DNA of 64,000 bases from Tepidisphaera sp. (GTDB lineage Bacteria; Planctomycetota; Phycisphaerae; Phycisphaerales; UBA1924): assembly GCA_050916045.1 (NCBI GenBank), contig CP051526.1, forward strand, positions 576,001 through 640,000. The letters are read 5' to 3'. The position numbers and the translations under genes were made by a program. This document shows, piece after piece, positions 58,509 through 64,000 of this stretch (the first letter of the stretch is position 1; each line of letters starts with the position of its first letter). A model generated the notes under the pieces. That model made no database searches. It was not told where the DNA came from and saw only the letters and a program-made list of their open reading frames with translations.

Positions 58509-60731
58509 ATGACGACGGTTCCCACGACAATGAGCCAGAACATCCGGACGCAGGCCCAGCCCGCGCCCGCCCCCGCCGCAGGCATGGGCGTGGATCCGGT
58601 GAAGTTGATCCTCCGCAACAAGTGGCTCCTCGCCGGCGCCCTCGCCGCCGGCATCGTGCTCGGCGGCATCTCGCACTACGTCGCGATGTACACCTACCCG
58701 ATGTACCGCCCGCGCGCGCTCTTCGAGTGCTTCCCGCCCGAAACCAGCCCGTGGGAACTCTCCGGCGCCGGCGGCGCGGTCAGCAACGAGGAAGTCGGAA
58801 CCTTCATGCAGACGCAGGTGCGCCTCATGACCTCCGAAGAACTCGTCCAGTCCGTCGTCGACAGCCAAAAGCTCCGCGACATCGCTCCCAAATGGGCCGA
58901 CCGGTTCAAGAAGAGCAACGGCGACTACGACACCACCAAGATGTTCCGCGCCTTCGAGTCGGACCTCCGGGCCAAGGTCCTCACCCAGACCCGCCTCATC
59001 GAGATGACCTTCACCTGGAAGGACAAGGATGAAGCCGCCGACGTCGTCAAGCTCGTCATGAACGAGCACATGGAACGCGTCCGCCGCAAGAACGACATCC
59101 AGTTCAAGGAGCGTACCGACGCCCTCAACAAGACCATCGAGGACGCCAAACGCGAAGTGCTCCTCCTCCAGGCCGCACAGGCCAACCTCATCCGCGACAA
59201 AAAGGTCGACTCGGTCGACCAGCGACTGACCGAAGCCAACATCAAGCTCGAACTCGTCAACACCAAGCTCTCCGAGCTCACCGGTCAGCAGACGGACATC
59301 GAAACCCGCATCAAGATCCGCGAAGCCCAGAAGAACCACGAAAGCGGAATCCCGCAGATCCCCGAGGAAATCAAGAGCCGCGTCAGCCGCGACCCCTTTA
59401 TCCTCAGCCTCCAGCAGGACATCACCGGACTCGTCACCTCCATCGAAGGTCTCAAGCTCGAAGGCCTCCAGCCCGCCCACAAGCAGGTCAAAGCCCTTGA
59501 GTCCCGCCTTCAGGCCGCTCGCGCCCAGCTCGAAGCCAAACAGCAGGAACTCTGGACGCAGGAGTTCGAGTCCGAACTCAACGAGATGAAGAACCTCGAG
59601 GAGTCGCTCAAGCAGCAGATCGCCATCTCCCAGAACGAAGCCGACCGGCTCCGCACCCGCCAGACCGAGCTCGCCGGCGTCCTCACCCAGCTTGAGGACA
59701 TGAAGTCCAAGATCAACTTCCAGCAGATGGGCATTCAGGAAGCCACCCAGAAGCTCCGCGACCTCAACGTCGTCATCGCCCAGCCCACCGCCGGCCGAAT
59801 CGTCAAGCTTCAGGACACCATCCGCATCCCCAAGGAGCCCTTCTTCCCCAAGCTCCTCTTCATGGTCCCCGCGGGCGGCATCCTCGTGCTCGGCCTCACC
59901 GGCGGCATCGTGGTGCTCCGCGAAGTTCTTGACCAGCGCATCAAGGGGCCTGGCGACATCGGCCTCATCCCGCGCACCCGCCTGCTCGGCTGGATCGCCG
60001 ACGCCGGCGAAGACCCGGCCGGCCCGGGCGTCGTCGAGACCGCTTTCCGCGACCGCCCGCGCGGCGTCCTCGCGGAGAACTTCCGCCAGATCCGCTCCTC
60101 CCTCCTCAAGAAGATGGAGGTCGCGGGACACAAGACCGTGCTCGTCGCGGGCTGCATGCCCTCCTCGGGTTCCACAAGCGTCGCGGCCAACCTCGCGCTG
60201 GCCTGCGCCGCTTCGGGCAAAAACGTGCTCCTCATCGACGGCAACTTCCGCCGCCCGGCGATGCACCGCGTCTTCGGCGTCTCCGAGGGCCCGGGCCTGG
60301 GCGATGTGCTCGCGGGCGAGGTCACGCTCGACGCCGCGGCCCAGTCGCTCAAGGACGTTCCGACCATGAAGGTCCTGACCGCGGGCACCGCCGCCAAGCG
60401 CGTGTACGAAGCCCTGGCTTCGGACAAGCTCAGCGAGTTGCTCAGCCAGGCCCGCACCAAGTTCGACTGCGTCTTCGTGGACGTCGCCCCGGCGGTCGTC
60501 TCCGGCGATGCCGTCTCGGTCGCCAACCGCACCGACGCGTCGATCCTCGTCGCACGCACCTTCAACGAGAAGCGCGGCATGATCGCCCGTGTCAAGAACG
60601 AACTCTCCGAAGCCCGCGGCGAGTTCTTCGGCGTCATCGTCAACGGTGTCAAGTCCGCCGCCGGTGGTTACCTCCGCGGCAACATCAAAGCTTCGCACGA
60701 GTACCAGGCCGATCCGGAGGTCAAGGCCTGA
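58509..60731 (+). CDS. Wzc-like polysaccharide co-polymerase with BY-kinase-like domain
   Basis: TM, coiled coil, PKEPFFPK-TM, ENFRQIR, VLLIDGNFRRP, GLGDVL, FVDVAP, GVIVN. Confidence 0.9.
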   Translation: MTTVPTTMSQNIRTQAQPAPAPAAGMGVDPVKLILRNKWLLAGALAAGIVLGGISHYVAMYTYPMYRPRALFECFPPETSPWELSGAGGAVSNEEVGTFMQTQVRLMTSEELVQSVVDSQKLRDIAPKWADRFKKSNGDYDTTKMFRAFESDLRAKVLTQTRLIEMTFTWKDKDEAADVVKLVMNEHMERVRRKNDIQFKERTDALNKTIEDAKREVLLLQAAQANLIRDKKVDSVDQRLTEANIKLELVNTKLSELTGQQTDIETRIKIREAQKNHESGIPQIPEEIKSRVSRDPFILSLQQDITGLVTSIEGLKLEGLQPAHKQVKALESRLQAARAQLEAKQQELWTQEFESELNEMKNLEESLKQQIAISQNEADRLRTRQTELAGVLTQLEDMKSKINFQQMGIQEATQKLRDLNVVIAQPTAGRIVKLQDTIRIPKEPFFPKLLFMVPAGGILVLGLTGGIVVLREVLDQRIKGPGDIGLIPRTRLLGWIADAGEDPAGPGVVETAFRDRPRGVLAENFRQIRSSLLKKMEVAGHKTVLVAGCMPSSGSTSVAANLALACAASGKNVLLIDGNFRRPAMHRVFGVSEGPGLGDVLAGEVTLDAAAQSLKDVPTMKVLTAGTAAKRVYEALASDKLSELLSQARTKFDCVFVDVAPAVVSGDAVSVANRTDASILVARTFNEKRGMIARVKNELSEARGEFFGVIVNGVKSAAGGYLRGNIKASHEYQADPEVKA

Positions 60732-60746
60732 TCAGGCCGGGAACGC

Positions 60747-61808
60747 ATGGGTACCAGCGCGAACAGCTCGGGGGGGACGGCGTCGGCTTCGTCCCGCCGC
60801 GTCCTCGTGACGGGAGGGTCCGGCTTCATCGGATCCCACCTCACCAAGCTGCTCCTCGCGCGCGGCGACGAGGTCACGGTCATCGACAACCTCTCGACCG
60901 GTCGGCGTGGCAACCTGCCCGACCGGCACGAACGCCTTCGGTTCCTCGAGGGTGACGTCTCGCAGGTGCTCGCGGGGTTCGGACCCGGCGAGCAGTTCGA
61001 TGAGATCTACCACCTCGCCGCCGCCGTCGGCGTCAAGCTTGTGATGGACAACCCCATCCACGCCATCGAGACCAACGTCGGTCGGACCATCGACGTGCTC
61101 CGCTTTGCCCTCACGCGTGCCCCCGGCGGCAAGCCCGCCCGCACGCTCGTGGTCTCGAGTTCCGAGGTCTACGGCAAGGGCTCGAAGAATCCCTTCAGCG
61201 AGGACGACGACGTCGTCTACGGCGCCACGACCATCGCCCGCTGGTGCTACGGGTGCAGCAAAGCCATCGACGAATACCTCGCGATGGCCCACGCCAAGCA
61301 GAACGCCCTCCCCGCCGTGATCGTCCGACTGTTCAACACCGTCGGGCCCGGTCAGGTCGGCGAGTTCGGCATGGTCGTGCCGCGCTTCGTCCGCGCCGCG
61401 CTCGAGAACAAAGCCCTTGAAATCTACGGCGACGGCACCCAGTCACGCTGCTTCTGCGACGTCCGTGACATCGTGGAAGCCATGCCCAGGCTCCTCGCGA
61501 CCCCCGCCTGCTACGGCCGGGTGTTCAACCTCGGCTCCGATCGTTCGATGAGTATCGCCGACCTCGCCCGGACCGTGGTGAAGGTCGTCGGCTCGAGTTC
61601 AGGCGTCAAGCACGTCCCCTACGCCCAGGCCTACGCCCCCGGCTTTGAAGACCTCAAGGACCGCCGGCCCGACCTCTCCCGCATCAAAGCCGCAATCGGC
61701 TGGGAACCCAGGCGTTCCTTCGAAGACACCATCCGTGATGTCGCGGCCTGCATCCGCGAAGAATCGGGCGATGCGGCCTCCCGCGGCCTGACAGGAGCGA
61801 TCCCGTGA
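60747..61808 (+). CDS. NAD-dependent nucleotide-sugar epimerase/dehydratase
   Basis: VLVTGGSGFIGSHL, YHLAAAVGV, SSSEVYGK, YGCSK, RLFNTVGP, YGDGTQSRCF. Confidence 0.94.
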   Translation: MGTSANSSGGTASASSRRVLVTGGSGFIGSHLTKLLLARGDEVTVIDNLSTGRRGNLPDRHERLRFLEGDVSQVLAGFGPGEQFDEIYHLAAAVGVKLVMDNPIHAIETNVGRTIDVLRFALTRAPGGKPARTLVVSSSEVYGKGSKNPFSEDDDVVYGATTIARWCYGCSKAIDEYLAMAHAKQNALPAVIVRLFNTVGPGQVGEFGMVVPRFVRAALENKALEIYGDGTQSRCFCDVRDIVEAMPRLLATPACYGRVFNLGSDRSMSIADLARTVVKVVGSSSGVKHVPYAQAYAPGFEDLKDRRPDLSRIKAAIGWEPRRSFEDTIRDVAACIREESGDAASRGLTGAIP

Positions 61809-63265
61809 CTCCCTGGATGGACAACCTCGCCAAGCCCGTTGCGGCCAAAGCCCCCGTGGTGGAAGCGGCCGCGACCGAGGTCACCCGGCTTGACGTCTTC
61901 CACTCGCACGTCTGGGTGCTCCTTATCGCGTTCCTCGTCACCCTCGGCATGACGCCCGTCATGCGGCTCCTCGCGATCAAGAACGGGATTGTCGACCGTC
62001 CGAACGAAGCCCGCAAGATCCACAAGATGCCCATCGCCTACCTCGGCGGCGTCGGCGTCTTTCTTGGCATCGTTGCCGGCATCTTCTGGAGCTACCTCGC
62101 CCACTTCTACCCCGAGGTCATGGGCGCTGAGGGCCTCAGCGCCGACATCAGCCTCGAGCAGCCGCCGCTGCCCCTCTCGATCCTCGCCGGAATGACGGTG
62201 ATCGCCGTGGTGGGCCTCATCGACGACGTCGTGGGAACGACCCCCCGGGTCAAGATCGGCGGCCAACTCTTCGCCGCCGCCGCCCTCGCCGCGACGGACG
62301 TGGGCGTCAAGGTCGGCGCGGGCGCGATCCTCCCCATCGCCAAGCTCGTCGGTATCGAGCCCCAGACCGTCGGCGGCGTCGAGACCGTCGCGTTCAACAT
62401 CCCGCTCCCGATCGTGATCGGGACGCTGGAACACATCCACATCGACCTCATCTACTGGGCGGGCACGGCGATCATCGCGTTCTTCGTGATCGGAGCCTGC
62501 AACGCTTCGAACCTCATCGACGGTCTGGACGGTTTGCTTTCGGGCGTCACGGCGATCGCGACGACCGGCTTCCTCGTGATCGCGCTGACGCTCGCGGTGA
62601 TGGAGGACGGCCCGCGCGACACGCAGCGAGTCGTGCTCTGCATGGCGGTGCTCGGAGCCTGTCTGGGGTTTCTGCCGCACAACTTCAACCCTGCGACGAT
62701 CTTCCTGGGCGACTGCGGGTCGCTGCTGCTCGGGTTTTGCGCGATCGTCATCATCCTGACCCTGGGCGACACCGGCAAGACGCACATGGTGCTCGCCGGG
62801 CTGGTCATCTACGCGATCCCACTGATCGACACCGCTCTGGCGATCGTCCGCCGCAAGATGGCCGGCAAGAAGATCTCCGACGCCGACAGCGACCACCTGC
62901 ACCACATGTTCAAGCGGGCGATGGGCGTCAAGGGCGCGGCGTTCTCGCTCTACGGCATCGGCGCGGTCTTCGCCGTGCTCGGCGTCGCGATGTCCCTCTG
63001 GAAAGCCCGCGTCGTCTGGGTCATCATCATCATCGCCCTCAGCTACATCGGTGTGATCGCCATCAAGGTCGCCCGCAAGAAGCAGCTCGAGGATCAGGCA
63101 AACAACTTCGACAAGAAGTCGCTCGCACCCCCTCCCCCCGTTCCCGTGAACGCCGCTTCCGCCGTCCCGGCCCTCGCCGGCGTCCCCGTGGCGATCCAAG
63201 GGTCCGCCCCAGCCATCCAGGCCGCGGGCGCCGCCGCTTCCAACCCGTCCTCAACCGTCGGGTAA
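61805..63265 (+). CDS. wecA: Polyprenyl-phosphate GlcNAc-1-phosphate transferase (WecA/MraY family)
   Basis: VDRP..RKIH..P...LGG, GLIDD, NASNLIDGLDGL, FLPHNFNPATIFLGDCGS, ADSDHLHH. Confidence 0.92.
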   Translation: MTPWMDNLAKPVAAKAPVVEAAATEVTRLDVFHSHVWVLLIAFLVTLGMTPVMRLLAIKNGIVDRPNEARKIHKMPIAYLGGVGVFLGIVAGIFWSYLAHFYPEVMGAEGLSADISLEQPPLPLSILAGMTVIAVVGLIDDVVGTTPRVKIGGQLFAAAALAATDVGVKVGAGAILPIAKLVGIEPQTVGGVETVAFNIPLPIVIGTLEHIHIDLIYWAGTAIIAFFVIGACNASNLIDGLDGLLSGVTAIATTGFLVIALTLAVMEDGPRDTQRVVLCMAVLGACLGFLPHNFNPATIFLGDCGSLLLGFCAIVIILTLGDTGKTHMVLAGLVIYAIPLIDTALAIVRRKMAGKKISDADSDHLHHMFKRAMGVKGAAFSLYGIGAVFAVLGVAMSLWKARVVWVIIIIALSYIGVIAIKVARKKQLEDQANNFDKKSLAPPPPVPVNAASAVPALAGVPVAIQGSAPAIQAAGAAASNPSSTVG

Positions 63266-63298
63266 TCGATCGTCCGGCCAAGCCTCTATACTGGCCGC

Positions 63299-64000
63299 AT
63301 GACTGGCAAGCCCGTGCGGACCATCGCGCTGATGAATCAGAAAGGCGGCGTCGGAAAGACGACGACCACCGTCAATCTCGCCGCGTCCTTCGCGCTCGCC
63401 GGGCGGCCCACCCTCGTCGTCGACCTTGACCCCCAGGGCCACGCCACGCTCCACCTCGGCGCCGACCCCAGCACCCTGACCAAGTCCGTCTACGACGTCC
63501 TGCTGGACCCCTCCGACCCCGCATCCGCGATCATCGAGGTCAAGCCCAACCTCTCGCTGCTCCCCGCCGTCACCGACCTCGCCGCGGCGGAGATCGAACT
63601 CGGCGCCGAGTCCGACCGCCTCCACCGGCTCGACAAAGCCTTCGCCGCCCTCGCCGGCAAGTACGAGTTCATCCTCATCGACTGCCCGCCATCGCTGGGC
63701 CTCCTCACCCTCAACGGGCTGACCGCGGCCCGCGAGGTCCTCATCCCGATGCAAGCCCACTTCCTCGCGCTCCAGGGCGTGGGCAAGCTGCTCGAGACGG
63801 TGCGCCTTGTGACCAAAGCGTCCAACCCGAGGCTCGTCGTGTCCGGCGTGGTGCTCTGCATGCACGACCCGGCTTCGACGCACGTCCGCGAGGTCGTCTC
63901 GGACATGGAGAAGTTCTTCGAGGACGGCCGCCAGACGGACACGCCTTGGCGGTTCGCCCGCGTCATGCGGCCGCCGATCCGCCGGAACATCAAGCTCGCC
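63299..64000 (+). CDS. parA: ParA/Soj family ATPase (3'-truncated by the window)
   Basis: Absent from the ORF track. Hand translation from ATG 63299: MTGKPVRTIALMNQKGGVGKTTT, VDLDPQGHA, IDCPPSLG, IPMQAHFLALQG, IRRNIKLA. Confidence 0.93.
   Translation, partial: MTGKPVRTIALMNQKGGVGKTTTTVNLAASFALAGRPTLVVDLDPQGHATLHLGADPSTLTKSVYDVLLDPSDPASAIIEVKPNLSLLPAVTDLAAAEIELGAESDRLHRLDKAFAALAGKYEFILIDCPPSLGLLTLNGLTAAREVLIPMQAHFLALQGVGKLLETVRLVTKASNPRLVVSGVVLCMHDPASTHVREVVSDMEKFFEDGRQTDTPWRFARVMRPPIRRNIKLA

Overview
GC-rich bacterial chromosomal segment, most likely Planctomycetota (Phycisphaerales-like). That assignment is inferred from a DUF1559-type prepilin, many proteins ending in a GC-type dockerin-like anchor, VPxP-type PEP-CTERM proteins and CxxC..CPECG membrane proteins. 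Left 16 kb: four tandem secreted C-type-lectin/beta-helix/dockerin paralogs are transcribed divergently from a compact beta-glucan utilisation operon (LacI, prepilin, tandem-CBM dockerin protein, ABC SBP plus 2 permeases, GH1, GH16-CBM-dockerin) that has no SusC/SusD or TonB receptor; tRNA-Gly(GCC) follows. Middle: dsbD-like, fliM, ParB-like, BNR-dockerin protein, a 21-bp tandem repeat in a G-tract region, nusA-infB-DUF503-rbfA-HhH-like-TPR-yebC, gapA, a GT2/BshC-like/BtuF-like operon, and trmH-like-nadB-cysteine dioxygenase. Right: two PEP-CTERM paralogs, orphan HicB, lipA and an EPS/exosortase locus (wza-like, exosortase-EpsI, large TPR, wzc-like, epimerase, wecA-like, parA). The best candidate for an undescribed system is the pilin- and dockerin-based glycan capture locus at 1-15832. 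All calls come from motif recognition by eye; no database searches were run.
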